Assembly (NCBI GenBank): GCA_024137785.1
Contig: JAHRHZ010000085.1
Location: forward strand, 2,580,107 to 2,644,106
Direction of reading: 5' to 3'
DNA from: Ginglymostoma cirratum
Taxonomy: Eukaryota
Length of the DNA: 64,000 nucleotides
A model generated the notes under the pieces. It had not been told where the DNA came from, searched no databases, and saw nothing but the letters and a program-made list of their open reading frames with translations. Shown here one piece after another: positions 1-13,036 of the stretch. The translations under genes were made by a program, and so were the position numbers. Each line of letters begins with the position of its first letter. The stretch's first letter is position 1.

Positions 1-150
1 ACAGCAGGCCAAGCAGCATCAGAGGAGCCGGAAAGTTGACGTTTCGGTCGAGATTCTGAAGAAGGGTCCCGACCCGAAACGTCAATTTTCCGGCTCCTCT
101 GATGCTGCTTGGCCTGCTGTGTTCATCCAGCTCCACAATGTTTTATCTGT
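1..150. mobile_element. Penelope-derived inverted-repeat (hairpin) mini-element
   Basis: Bases 1-45 are essentially the reverse complement of ~75-120. The sequence matches the 3' terminal repeat of the Penelope element at 23793-23927 and has a CTGAAGA..GAAACGTC core at ~56-83. Confidence 0.8.
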
Positions 151-154
151 AAAT

Positions 155-480
155 TTGGGGCACGGTTTTTGCATTGGTAGTTGTCATTTGCTTGGAATAA
201 ATCATAAATTTATCTGACAGCAACACCCCTAATGCAATTGAGGCACATTTCCAAGTCCAGCAAAATTGTTTTCTATCTTATATAAATATTAATTAATGCA
301 AATATGTTTGAGATGTTAATCTGCAATCTTCTCTTTGCAATCAGTTTGTAGCAGGATTCGAGATCGTACAAACTGTGACAGCAATGGTCCAAACCAGGGG
401 GACTCACATTATCCATCTTAATGACAAGAGAGAGGAACCACACACCCACTTATTTAGGGACAGAATTTATGCTATCTATG
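155..480 (-). other. Paralogous copy of the V-C1 intron (C1-proximal part)
   Basis: Aligns by eye with 13430-13760 and 46645-46945 (e.g. catttccaagtccagcaaaattg / catttcgaagttcagcaaaattg / catttccaagttcagcaaaattg). Confidence 0.7.
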
Positions 481-1639
481 ATGCAATTACATATGAACAG
501 CACATAATCAAAGAATGCCATGTGATAAAGGTATATCGCATCACCAATCGATTGAGTGGGATACCTGCACATGTGAATTTTAAGAAATTGCAGGCTTTCC
601 TTGCTAAGCATCAGCAGATTAGTCCTTATTTGGCAACAGTAGTAATGGCTTCTTGTGACAAGAAGCTGCCATGGCTTACAGCCATGATCAATTCTACTAC
701 AAATCAGACAGTTTAAGAACACTAGCTATGCATCATTGGTGGGTCATACCTCAGCAGTGGTCTTCGTAAGCTCCAGCAAAACTCTCACTCTAATGGTATC
801 CAATTGTTAGAAAATTGGAAATTGTTTGTTTCTTGTTTTTATGTATCTGTGTAATTGCCTGTGAACTACATCACATGGAAAATTAACTTCCAGCTTTTGA
901 GCAATGTCTACATGCTTGTATAAGGTTTTGGTAATCGATTTTGAAGATATCAAAGTGTGGTGTGTAGTCTGGGCTTCACAATTATATCCCCAGACCAGAC
1001 TATTCAGGGTTAATTGTTAAGGGTTAATTTCACCTGAAAATAGGCAATTGGAGTCAAAATGGAAAATGGGAAGATTAGTGTAAAACAGCCTGCTTTGGCT
1101 GCGAGGTAATGGCATGACTTTGGCTGGGTGGGAAACAGAGTAACGTGCAGTTAAAAAGGAACTGCCTGGAAGTGCTTTTCAGCTTGTTTTCTGCAGAGTG
1201 GAATGCCAGAAAAAGTACAAGAACTACTATAAATTGGTGATACAGCATGGAACAATAGATTCAAAATAGTGTTAATATTGGAGAATTTGCCCCTTACAGT
1301 GGACTTAAACTACAGAACTGGAGTTCGCAAGACTGTAGAGCCTGAGACAGAGCGCCAAATGCTGCCATCGCCAAAGTACCCCCAGTGAGCCAAAAGGCAG
1401 TTTGAGAATCATTTGTTTTATATATTTCAAAGTAGTTTAACCAAAGCATTTAATCTTAATAGATATCCATAATTTGAAATTACGACTATTAGTTCATATT
1501 TAATGTATTTTAACTGAATAAATTAGCTATATAATGAGCGCACATGTCTTCTTGTAATCATATACATCAGACCTTAAAGCAGCCATTAGGTGCTTTCAAC
1601 CTAACAATACAGAAAGATTTGATTGCACTGGGGAGGGTG

Positions 1640-2070
1640 CAGAGGAGATTCACCTGTGAAGAGAGTTTGGAGAAGCACGGATTGGTTTCTTTGGAGCAAA
1701 GATAGTTGAAGAAAGCCCTGACTGAGGTGTATACAATTATGGAGACATGGACAGGGTGCAATAAAAGTAACTGTGCCACTTAGTTGAAGAGTCAACAATG
1801 AGAGGTCACAGTTTTTACAGGGAAAGGTAAGAGGTTCAGACAGAAACTGAGGATTTATTTTTCATTGAGAAGTCATTAGGTATCGGGGACACACTGCCTG
1901 GGAGGGTAGCTCAGGTGGGAATCCTCACAACCTTGAAGAAATGTACATAGATGAGCACTTAAAATGTCATAACATTCAACATATGGGCCAAGTGCTGGAC
2001 AGTGTCATTAGTGTAGATCGGTTGGCTGCATTCAATGGGCTGAAGGGCCTGTTCCTGCCCAGTATAACCT
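1640..2070 (+). mobile_element. Degenerate CR1 LINE 3' fragment
   Basis: Decayed RT C-terminal motifs (QRRFT, EVYKIM) and the CR1 3' UTR motif gggctgaagggcctgttc. Confidence 0.7.
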
Positions 2071-2407
2071 GATGATATTCCTCCTTATCTCGTTGTCCCA
2101 GTTTAACATTTCCAGTTTTTTGAATTTAATGCTGAATGCATCTTCGAAAGTGAATTGCACCATTGTATTTAATCTAATTTGTGGCCCCTCTCAATGATGA
2201 CTATCTACCATTGGCTGTACCCCACCTGACAATAAAGTACACACTTTCGGAATAAACTGAAGAAAGGAAACCTTTAGCTATACAATAATGTCAAATATCA
2301 GGAGTGACATAATCAAAGGGAATTAACTGTAGTAATCACTTTCTACTTTGTCAAACTTTTTAAACAATACCTGAAAGATTAACGTACAACGTGTCCTACA
2401 ACCTTAC

Positions 2408-2712
2408 CTTCTTTCGTAACAGTGTAGCTGGCTATTGCTGGAAATGAGCTTGAAACGTAGTAAACTTGACACATGTAGACTGTGTCACTTTTGGGTATAT
2501 TTGGCACGTCCATGGAGCTGACCACTTCATAAAGCTCCTCACCTTTTACCTGTTTTACATTTCTAAATCCAGTGAAGATTTGTGTACTGTTTCTGTGCCA
2601 AGTAAGGTTAAAGTGTCCGGATAAAAGCCAGATGTCCTGCATTGCAGCTTGAAAGAAGCAGATGAAGGATCTTCAGAACGTATCGATACAATGTGTAGGG
2701 GACCTGGTGAAG
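2408..2712 (-). pseudogene. Ig C1-set exon of the V-C1 receptor family (copy A), disrupted
   Basis: Translates as ..SASFKLQCRTSGFYP / FNLTWHRN..LYEVVSSM..VYMCQVYYVSSSFPAIASYTVTKE with a phase-1 donor G|GTAAGG at 2408/2407. It has a 1-nt deletion at ~2616, and the acceptor AG is changed to AT (2714-2713) relative to the 46549 paralog. Confidence 0.85.
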
Positions 2713-3241
2713 ATGCATTGTAAATAATAACATTTAAATAAATGTGGGCATTAGACGTCTACTCCAAAACTTAAAATGATTTAATGAACTAGCCAACTGT
2801 TACTTCTAGGTATGGCAACTGCATTGATCGCCATTATTTATGCTGGCAGGGGTTGGCATAACTTTTATCATGTAGGGACTTGTGGCTTGTGTGGTGTATT
2901 AATGGGGATAGGGTACGATGTTCTTTGGAGTGTCATTGCACTACATAATAGGGATTTTATGATTCAAAGGCATTTGTAATTTAATTTGGGCTTGAAAAAT
3001 TCCAAGACTTATTAAGTAACTGATGGAAATCATTCATTCAACTTAATGAGTATTGAGGCTGGAATCAAGCTGGGTCCCCAGTTCTATGAGGTAACAGTGT
3101 GTCACAATGCCACCCAACTGGAATCTTGTGATGGCATCGATACATAAACTGATAGAAGTATTTATTGAGATTGGAGTGGAAGTAATCCAATTTGGAACTG
3201 GGATCCTAAATCTAATCAAAGGAGAGCACAGAATTGTGAAG

Positions 3242-3412
3242 GAACTGTAGATGCTGGACAATCTGAGATAACAAGGTGTAGAGCTGGATGAACGCAGCAG
3301 GCCAAGCAGCCAAGACTTTCTGAAGAAGGGTCTAGGCACGAAACATCAGCCTTCCTGCTCCTCTGATGCTGCTTGGCCTGCTGTGTTCATTCAGCTGTAC
3401 ACCTTGTTATCT
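3242..3412. mobile_element. Penelope-derived hairpin mini-insertion
   Basis: Inverted pair of PLE terminal sequences flanked by the direct repeat CAGAATTGTGAAG (3229-3241, 3413-3425). Confidence 0.8.
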
Positions 3413-4029
3413 CAGAATTGTGAAGAATGCTTTGACTGCTGTCGATGTGAAATTTCATCACAAGGCACGATGGTAGCTGAGCATTGGAAAACACATAAGG
3501 AATGAATGCAAGGTGTGCAACAATGACACATTTATATCTGATGCAAAACATATATCTCAGGAAAGTTGCAGCAACAATGGTTGGCAATATAAATGCTAAG
3601 GAATGGCACTAAATACCTCTGGAGGAGGTGGGACTTCAACACTGTCTTCCTGGCTGAAAAGTAGAACGCTGCTACTGTGTTAAAAAAAATCCTGGCACTC
3701 ATAAAAATACCAAAATCTCCAGTTGAATAAGTAATGAGGGCACTTAACAAAAAACCACTGACATAACATGAAGTTAACATGGTCTCCAAATGCGACTCAT
3801 CTTCTATTAATCTGATAGTACTAAGTGATGACACAAGATACATTCAGTATTAAGTGAAACTTAAACACCTGCAGGATTTCATGAGAACATGATTGACAAC
3901 AGAGACTGGTACCTGTGGAGGTACATATTGACAATGGGCTGAGTCAAGTTTTGGTGGACAGAATAATCCCAATGATGACTGTCGACTAAACACCGGCTTG
4001 CTTTTATTTTCGCTCTCTTGAGATTGGTC

Positions 4030-5430
4030 AAAATACTCGGGCATTCAGCAGAAAATGCACCAACTCCATTTACTACGCTTGAGTGGACAGCATTCATCTG
4101 GAGCTTATTTTCCCCTCAAGGAAGCTTCTCAAGAACAACAGTCAGCTCAAAATAAGGCACATATAACATCAGATATTAATAGTAGCATCCTTCCAAAGAA
4201 TTGTGAGAGAGAAGTTAGTCAGTAGACACAGCCAGCTGTACTGGGGAGTTTGACATTTGTACCATTGTGATTGACCAGAACCATGCGACAGACAGTGTTC
4301 TTGTGGCTGGCATGACTGGGCAAATAGAGAGGGTTTTAAGCTAAATACCAGGAGCAAGAGGTCACATGTAGAAAGATGGTGTCTATCACAGGGCAAAGAC
4401 AAGTGGAGAGAGGAAATTAAGAACAATAGAAATGAGCTTCAGAGAAAGGCACAAAGGGCAAAGAGAGAGAAAGAGAAGGAATACATTACCAGTCAAGACT
4501 AGGTGTTACAAAGTTGACAAAAAGGAATAAACTAAAGAATATATGTTTGGAAATGATCCTTTTGTCCTTCATAAAATAAGTAAGTTCAGATCGCACATAA
4601 ACAGAAATAATTATAGTTTTACACGCATTGTGGTGACATAGCAGACAAGCATTGAATACCATATATTTTGAAATACAGAACACACACTAAGATTGGGAAA
4701 TGAGCTGATGGTGAAGGATGCAAATCATGACTACCAGATCATGGATGCCATTTGTGCAACAGCTGGAGATCACACTTGTTCAGGAAATCAGGATGATAAA
4801 TTTATTTGGGGAGAAATTAGGAATTGTAGGAAAGAAATGAACAGATGAGGAGTCTACAAAATACTGAACAGTCATCAAATGAGACAAAACATACAAGTTG
4901 AAATATTGGTGTTTGTGATTGGGGACATCAGTAATAATGGGTGATTTTAATCTCCCCATCAAATTAAACAAAAATATTGAAGTGAGGTTGAACAAATTGG
5001 GCCTATACCCATTGGAGTTTAGAAAAGTAAGGATATATATCTTTCATATATACATAACATTGAGGGGCCTAACTGGATGGATACTGAACAGAGGCTTCCT
5101 CCCATGCTGGAGAGTTGCATTCGGCCAAGCAATTTAAAATTAAAAGATCTCACTTCAAAGGCTGATATGGTGTTTTGTTTTGCTCATGGTCACAGGGTCT
5201 GTAGCCCTTTAAGTTCTCTTCCATAAAAGAGTTGAGGTGTGACAATTACATTTATTCAGGAGGCTTTAATTAGGTGTTGGTATAGTTGGAGTCCTTGATT
5301 TGTGTGTCTGCTGCAGAGGAAACTGGAGTTTGGGACCATAACTAGATGAGATAACATCTCATCAAATGAGTGGACTCAACTCGAAGGATGGAATTTTTCA
5401 ATCCTCCATGAAAGTCTCATGTTCGTACTT
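4030..5430 (+). mobile_element. Old CR1 relics (ORF1 esterase end, endonuclease, RT 3' pieces)
   Basis: Remnant VIMGDFNLP endonuclease motif at ~4930, RLNKLGLYPLEFR RT tail motif at ~4985, and an esterase-end-like segment at ~4240-4345 that is also similar to ~53360-53470. Confidence 0.55.
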
Positions 5431-5639
5431 TCTATATTCCTTTGCATGACTGCTGCATGACAAGATGAATCTCGTAATTAAATTATTCATGACTTATAAT
5501 TTGTAAGATCTGCAATACATACAGAATTAGAGTCAGTTTGCTACAAACTATGTAAAACTCCAAATCATTGGCAAACTGGGTCAACAATTTCAATACCTAA
5601 CCCATTGTACAATATTCAGTGTTCAATATTTATTTCAGG

Positions 5640-5745
5640 TTGGTTCCAAACTTTGGCGGTGTTGATGGCGGTGGTGGTGGTCCTGCTGTTTGTGGTGTTG
5701 GTGGTGGTGGGAGGGGATTGTTGTGGGTGGGGTTGGTGTGGAGGG
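5640..5745. repeat. GGT/GT-rich low-complexity tract
   Basis: Imperfect (GGT)n run. Confidence 0.7.
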
Positions 5746-6879
5746 AATGTCTTAATATTGGCTATCACGCGAGAAGCCGTGGAAGAGGAGAATCAGCGAG
5801 TAGAAGCACAGGAATATGGGAAGCTGTGAGAGGATGGCATGGAGGAAAGTAAAAGACAAGCAACCCCTTTGCTTCAGAGCATAACAAGTTGTACATTTTC
5901 TGTAAGATTCCAAAATTCATACCCAAAGTCCCCATTCATAATGGTCCGAAACGCCTTTCCCTCTGTTGCCCCAGCGCAGCTTATAATAATCAAGGCCACA
6001 ATGCAAAACCAACACTCACCAGAACATAAAAATTGCAGATGGCATTGATAAATTAATTTATGTCCACTTGTATCAACCATCTACAAATTACATTTGCTCA
6101 TTATCTTAATTTTGTTCTAATTTGAGTCATTTGCTGTCTCAGTTTGGGTATTCAGTGTTAACGCATTGCTGTCGTAAGTGTTTGTTGATAGACTTTAATT
6201 TTCAGCAGATATGACTGAGCATAGAGCAGGGGACAGCATGGAAGAACCTTGAATGCACTGCTCTAAACTGCTGAAGATAATTACGTGCATCAATAGACTG
6301 CAATTCATGATTGATAAGAAACATCAAGGACACAAGTGGCAAAACTCAGATTGAAGCAATGAGTTAAGAAGCTGAAGACTTCCTTGAACAACCAAAAAGG
6401 TCTGGTCTGAGTCTTAGCTTAACAAGTTATCAGAGGCTCAGTTTTAGCCTGACTCACTCGAGTAACAATGAAGGTGATTAGTCACTGCATGATGTGATGT
6501 GTCATATTGGTCACCCACACTTCCAAGTGCACTGAGCTTATCCTTGCGCATAACTATCAGACTATTTCTCAAAACTACTCTGGAAGGATGAAGAAAACTG
6601 AAAAAATCAGGCCACAGTTAGATGGCAGTGAAGAGCAGAGATATGCGGATGTGCCATCTGCAGATTGCAGATTGTCAGAAGATTTTCTGGCGTGTACAGA
6701 ACATGTAATTTGTGAAAGCAGATAATGTAAGAGGAGGGATGACATTGAATGTCTGCAGTCTCATTGCTGGCTTCAGCATGAGGATGCTATCTTCTGAGCA
6801 AAGGCCAGATGTTCCAGCGCAGTTAATACATACTGACATGTCTGTACATTGTGGTTAGTTTCACTTTTATTTGCTTTTA

Positions 6880-7155
6880 CCTGGGTTTGAATCCTGCCGT
6901 GAGAGATGGTTGAATTCAAGGTCATTTAAAAATTCTGGAATTAAGTGTTTATAACGACCATGAAACAATTACCAGAAGTCATAAAAGTGTCATTAAAAAA
7001 TGATAAAAGTTCATAAATGTCCTTCAGGGAAGGAAACTGCATACATCTGACTCCAGCCACACAGCAATGTGGTTGACTCTGAAGTGCCCTCTGGGCAATT
7101 AGAGATGGGCAATAAGTGCTGACCGAGCCTACTCACAGCTCATGAATCAACAATA
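6880..7155 (+). mobile_element. tRNA-type SINE with LINE-shared tail
   Basis: B-box-like ggtttgaatcc and the tail gggcaattagagatgggcaataagtgctg; similar copies at 29325-29590 and 32090-32430. Confidence 0.65.
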
Positions 7156-7484
7156 AACTGCCTTGTGTGACAGAGGGAATCTTGGCCATTGAATCGTGCA
7201 AAACTGTGGATTTGAGAATCAGTTATGAACGAATAATCAGCGCCATGTACATGAAATGCTCATAAGTATCTAATGTGCGTAATGCATCTGAAGTGCTGAA
7301 GTAAATGCATTTTATTCTTTCTTTATCCATTCATGATGTGTGGTCCTCAGTCAGTGAGCCAACAATTATTGTCCATCTCAGGTACCCAACAGAAGTATGG
7401 ATTGAAGTAAGATTCTTGAATGACGACAGTTCATTGTGCATATATAGACACAAAGTACCTGTATGAATTCATAGATGTCAACAG

Positions 7485-7910
7485 TGTGGAAGAAAGCCAT
7501 TTGGCATATTGACTCCACACCAGCCCTCCAAAGAACATCCCATTCCAGAACCATCCCTATAATCTTGCATTTCCTATGACTAATCACCTAATCTACACAT
7601 CACTGGAAACTATGGGAAATTTACCATGGACAATCCACCTAAACTGCACATCTTTAGACTGTGGGAGGAGACCAGAGCACTTGGAGGAAACGAACAGAGT
7701 CATGGGGAAAATGTGCAAACTCCACACAGAGTTTGACATTTAACACCACATGCTTGCTCTGCTCTTTCCTTCACAGATGCTTCCAGACCTGCTGAGCTTT
7801 TCCAGCAACTTCTATTTTTGTTCCACACAGTCACCAAAGGATGGAATCAAATCCAGGTCCCTGGCACTGTGAAGCAGCTGCGCTATGGACTGAGCCACTG
7901 GACCACCCAA
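7485..7910 (-). mobile_element. HE1-like SINE interrupted by a PLE-type fragment (~7735-7822)
   Basis: Reverse complement of the SINE at 15058-15372. Confidence 0.7.
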
Positions 7911-8515
7911 GGTGTCTTCAGGAAAGAGAGTTTATGGCCACTGACCAAGCAACACTAAAGGAACTGAGATAACTTTTCAAGTCAGATGGGGGGTGGCTTG
8001 GATGGCAATTTACAGGCAGTTGTGTTCCCATGTATCTGCTGCCTTGTTATTTGAGACAGTAGTCATGATGGATTTGGAAAATGATCTACAAATGTTCCTG
8101 GATTTGTCAGTGGAATTGTCCAAGTTTTACCACATTTGCAGATGAAATGTTTCAATAACTGAGGACTTGTGAATGGAGATGAACATTGTGCAATTATCAG
8201 TGAACAGCCGGAACACTGGTGCAATAGGAGAGAGAAGGTAAATGATGAAGCAGGTGAAGATGTTTGGGCCTAGGACATGAACGCAAGGACCACCTGGAGT
8301 GATATCCTGCAGCTGAAATATAACAACCTGAGCCATATTCCTTTGTGCTAATATAACACTGACCAGTGGAGATTACCCCGATTCCCTTTAACTCCAGTTT
8401 TGCTTGAGCTCCTTGATGCCAAACCCAGTCAAATGTGGCCTTGATGTCAAGGGCAGTCACTCTTTCCTCACCTTCAGACTTTTTTCTCCATTGAGTCTTG
8501 GAGCACAGAACCAGA
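7910..8515 (-). mobile_element. CR1/L2-group LINE RT fragments
   Basis: ALDIKATFDWVWH and VLGPNIFTCFI..LFTDNC RT motifs on the - strand. Confidence 0.7.
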
Positions 8516-8534
8516 GCCTTCAGTCCAACATGTT

Positions 8535-9505
8535 TTGGAACCACTGCTGTTTGTCATTTTTATAAATGACTTGGACACAGACATAGGTGGATGGGTTAGT
8601 AAGTTTGCAGATGACACTAAAGTCGGTGGAGTGGTGGACAGTGTGGAAGAATGTTGCAGGTTGCAGGGAGACTTGGATAAACTGCAGAATTGGACTGAAA
8701 GGTGGCAAATGGAGTTCAATGCAGATAAACGTGAGGTGATGCACTTTGGGAAGAATAATAGGAAGGCAGAATACTGGGTCAATGGAAAGATTCTTGGAGG
8801 TGTGGATGTGCAGAGGGATCTTGGTGTCCAGGTACATAGATCCCTGAAAGTTGCCACCCAGGTTGATAGTGCTCTGAAGAAGGCATACGGTGTGTTAGGT
8901 TTCATTGGTAGAGGGATTGAGTTCCGGAGCCGTGATGTCATGCTGCAACTGTACAAAACGCTAGTGCGGCCTCACTTGGAATATTGTGTACAGTTCTGGT
9001 CTCCCCATTACAGGAAGGATGTGGAAGCATTGGAAAAGGTGCAGAGGAGATTTACCAGGATGTTGCCTGATCTGGAGCGAAGGTCTTATGAAGAAAGGCT
9101 GAGGGACTTGGGTCTGTTCTCATTGGTGAGAAGAAGGCTAAGAGAGGATTTAATAGAGACCTACAAAATGATCAGAGGATTAGACAGGGTGGACAGTAAG
9201 AGTCTTTTTCCCAGGATGATGACGTTTGCTAGTACGAGGGGACATAGCTGCAAATTGAGGGGTGATAGATTTAAGACAGATGTCAGAGGCAGGTTCTTTA
9301 CTCAGAGAATGGTAAGGGCGTGGAATGCCCTGCCTGCCAATGTAGTTAACTCAGCCACATTAGGGGCATTTAAACAGTCCTTGGATAAGCATATGGATGA
9401 TGATGGGATAGTGTAGGGGGATGGGCTTAGATTAGTTCACAGGGCGGCGCAACATCGAGGGCCGAAGGGCCTGTTATGCGCTGCATTGTTCTATGTTCTA
9501 TGTTC
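8535..9505 (+). mobile_element. CR1 LINE 3' fragment with open RT C-terminus (293 aa)
   Basis: PLLFVIFINDLD, KFADDTK and LYKTLVRPHLEYCVQFWSP motifs; 3' microsatellite tail (TCTATGT)n. Confidence 0.95.
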
Positions 9506-9509
9506 TCTG

Positions 9510-10070
9510 TCCATGCCAATCAAATTTCCCAGTGTCAACTGATACCATTTACCTGCATTTGGCTCAGATACTCTAAACCTTTACTATTTATGTACCTGTC
9601 CAAATGTCTTTTAAATGTTGTAACTGTCCTTGCATCTGTCACTTCTTCTGTCAACTTATTCCATCTGTGAACTACACTCTCTGTAAAAAAAAATGGGCCC
9701 TTTAAATGTTTCTGATCTCAACTTAAAATTATGCCCTTTAGTTTTGAACTCCCATAACCGAAGGAAAAGACCTCTGCTATTTGCCTCATCTATGTCCCTC
9801 ACAACTTTATAAACCTCTAAAAAGTCACTTCCCCAACCTCTTGAGCTCCAGTGTAAAATGTCCCACCCTACCCAGCTTCTCCTCATAACTCCAACCTTCC
9901 GGTCCCAGAGACATCCTTGTAAATCTTTTCTGCGCACTCTCCTATTTTAATAATATCCTTCCACAACTATACACAGTAATCTAAAAGTGGCTGCACCAAT
10001 CTCCTTTTTTAACAATCTCCTTCTGCAACAAGACATAGTAATCTAAAAGTGGCTGCACCAATGTCCTAGA
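9510..10070 (-). mobile_element. Degenerate CR1 3' fragment
   Basis: LEVYKVVRDIDEANSRGLF..KTKGHNFKLR on the - strand. Confidence 0.75.
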
Positions 10071-10161
10071 AACCTGATCAAAGTCTTTAATAAGGTCAAG
10101 AGTTGAGTGGCCCTTTTGGAACTTGAACTGAGCCTCACTGAGCCAGCTATTGATAGACCAG

Positions 10162-10293
10162 AGATAACAAGGTGTGGAGCTGGATGAACACAGCAAGCCA
10201 AGCAGCATCATAGGAGCTGCTTGGCCTGCTGTGGTCATCCAGCTCCACACCTTGTTATCTCGGATTCTCCAGCATCTGCAGTACCTATTCTGT
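10162..10293. mobile_element. Penelope-derived hairpin mini-insertion
   Basis: Inverted PLE terminal repeats flanked by the 15-bp direct repeat CTATTGATAGACCAG (10147-10161, 10294-10308). Confidence 0.85.
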
Positions 10294-11639
10294 CTATTGA
10301 TAGACCAGTGCAGTTTGATAACTCTGTGGATGTCAGCTTCCGTCTTTTTACAGCTGAATGAGACTATCCTGAAAGGGCAGTAATTGGGTCGGCTGGATTT
10401 ATACTGTGACCCTTCCTCAGAGTAAAATAAAATCTTCATCTTTGTCCTAAAAGGTAGCACTTATTCTGAAAACTGCATCGCTCGATCTGGACTCTCCCAC
10501 AGGAGGAAAGATCCTTTCTGTTTCCACCTTTTTAAGACCATTCAGGATCTTTAATCAAGTTGTCTCTCACTCTTCCAAATCCCCGTGCCAACAAGTCGAA
10601 GCTATCCCAATTCTCCTCATAGGACAACCAGCTCATTGCAGGTACAAAACAGAAAGAATAATATTGAAACTCAGCAGGTCTGGCAGCATCTGTGAAGAGA
10701 GAAAGAGAATGAACATTTTGAATCTGGTGTGACTTCTTCAGTTTTTCCGCAGCACTGCCAAACCCTATGTGTTTCTGTAGAATTTCGGATTTTATTCCTT
10801 TGAATTTTCCACATTGTCTGGCAGAATCTCGTGATAAAGCTGTATTTGAACAACTTGTACCATGATCCCACCACATCTGGAGCACACCTCTTCAGCGCTA
10901 CTACTGAACTATTGTCAAGGACAATAATTTTGGCAGCATTCAGTGATATCATGTGAAGTGAACTGAATTAGCGAAAGCTAGCATCTTTGATGCTTTAGAT
11001 ATCTGGTCGAGGATGATGTGCTCATCCACTTAGCACTTCTGGCTGAAGTTTATTGCAAATGATTCAACGTCAACTTTTGCACTAATAATGTTGGTCCAAC
11101 ATTATTAAGGGTGAGAATATTTGTGGAGGCTCCTACTCCAGTCAATTGTTTCATTGTTTAACACATTTCACAACCAGGTGTGAGAGTCGTGTAAAGTATA
11201 AGCCTGGCTGTTCACTGTGGAATTGACGAGCCATGTCGATCAGTTGCTGCATATGCCATTTGCCACACAAGCATTCCTACCTGCCACAGAACGATTGGTA
11301 TATCGTTCAGGAATGTAGGCGGTGAGCTCTGGGGTATTTCACAGTAAGTTGACACAGAAAATAGTTGAAAAGCATCAGAAAGATGCCTGCAAGTTTCACT
11401 TTGTAATGGCAGAGGACCATTGTCAGACATCACTGTCTGTGCCCCACCTGAGTTTCTCTAAAATAGACCTGACTCTATTCATACAATTGCCTTAAAGAAT
11501 AATTCAATACATAACGGTGTTTGTTTAATTTTGTCATCTTCACTGCCACTTTGGCAGATTCTCCAGATTGTTTCAAAAACACTTCTCTTCAATTTTTTTT
11601 ATTAACCATGCAACAATTAACTTTTTGAATCAATCTAAC

Positions 11640-12610
11640 TAGGTCGTGTCTTTGGTCCAACCATCTTCAGCTGCTTCGTCAATGCCCTTCCCTCCATCAC
11701 AAAGTCCGAAGTGGGGATGTTCACCAATGATTGCACAATGCACAGCACCATTCACAACCCTTCAGATGCTGAAGTAGTCTATGTTCAAACGCAGCAAGTT
11801 CTGGACAATATCTAGGCTTGGGCTGAGTGGCAAGTAATATTCATGCAACGCAAATACCATGCAATGACCGTCACAAATAAGAGACAATCTAACCACTGCC
11901 CCTTGGCTTTCAACAGTGTTACCATCACTGAATCCCCAACGATCAACACCCTGGGGTTACCATTGACCAGAAACTCAACTCGACTCACCACATAAACACA
12001 TTGGCGACAAGAGCAGGTCAGAAGCTTGGAATACTGTGGTGAGTAACTCAGCTCCTGGCTCCTCAAAACCTGTCCACCGTCTACAAGGCACAAGGTAGAA
12101 GTGTGATTGAATAATCCCCACTTGCCTGGATGAGTGCAGCCACAACAACACTCAAGAAGCTTGTCACCATCCAGGACAAAGCAGCCCGCTTGATTGGCAC
12201 CACATCCACAAGCACCCACTTCCTCTACCACCGATGCTCAGCAGAAGCAGTGTGTACTCGCTCCAAGATACTCTGCAGAAATTCACCAAAGATCCTCAGA
12301 TGTCACATCCCAAACCGATAACCACTTCCAGCCAGAAGAACAAGGGAAACAGATTGATGGGAACACCATCAACTTCAAGTTCCCCTCCAAGCCACTCACC
12401 ATCCTGACTTGGAAATGTATCACCATTCCTTCATTGTTGCTCATTCAAAATCCTGGAATTCCCTTCCTAAAGGCATTGTTGTTCAACCCACAGCAGGTGG
12501 AGTGCAGCAGTTCAAGATGGCAGCTCACCACCACCTTGTCAAGGGCAACTAGGGAAGCACAAGAAGTGCTGGCCAGCCAGCGATGCCCGCATCCCACAAA
12601 TGAATAAAAA
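11640..12610 (+). mobile_element. CR1/L2-group LINE 3' portion
   Basis: Decayed GPTIFSCF..EVGMF.NDCTM RT motif, WMSAATTTLKKL.TIQDKAARLIG, and a 3' end resembling the local SINE tail. Confidence 0.8.
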
Positions 12611-13036
12611 TATTGTTGGAAAAATTCAGCAAGTCTGGCAGCTTGTGGAGTGAAAGTTGTCAGAAATCACACAAAACCAGATTAGAGCCCAACAGGTTTA
12701 TTTCAAATCATAAGCTTTCAAAGCACGGCTCCTTGGTCACCTGAAAACTTGTGATTTTAAATAGACCTGTTGGAATATAACCTGGTGTTGTGTGACTTCT
12801 GACTTTGTCTACCCTAGGACAGCACTGGCATCTCCACATTGAGAGAAAGTAGAGTTAACGTTTTGGATCCAGTAACCCTTCTTCAGAGCCAAAACTCAAT
12901 TGAACTGTTCACAAGAAAACAACTGCATCAAAGATGCACATGAATGGAAATGTTGACTTTCTCAACATCATTAACATTCTGAACATAAATAACGAAATAA
13001 GCGGACACCACAGCAGCAAATAGATATTCTGGCTGC

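Noticed and set aside
5605-5852. Val-rich and Gly-rich ORFs resembling TM or glycine-rich proteins
   Set aside because: Translations of a GGT simple repeat.
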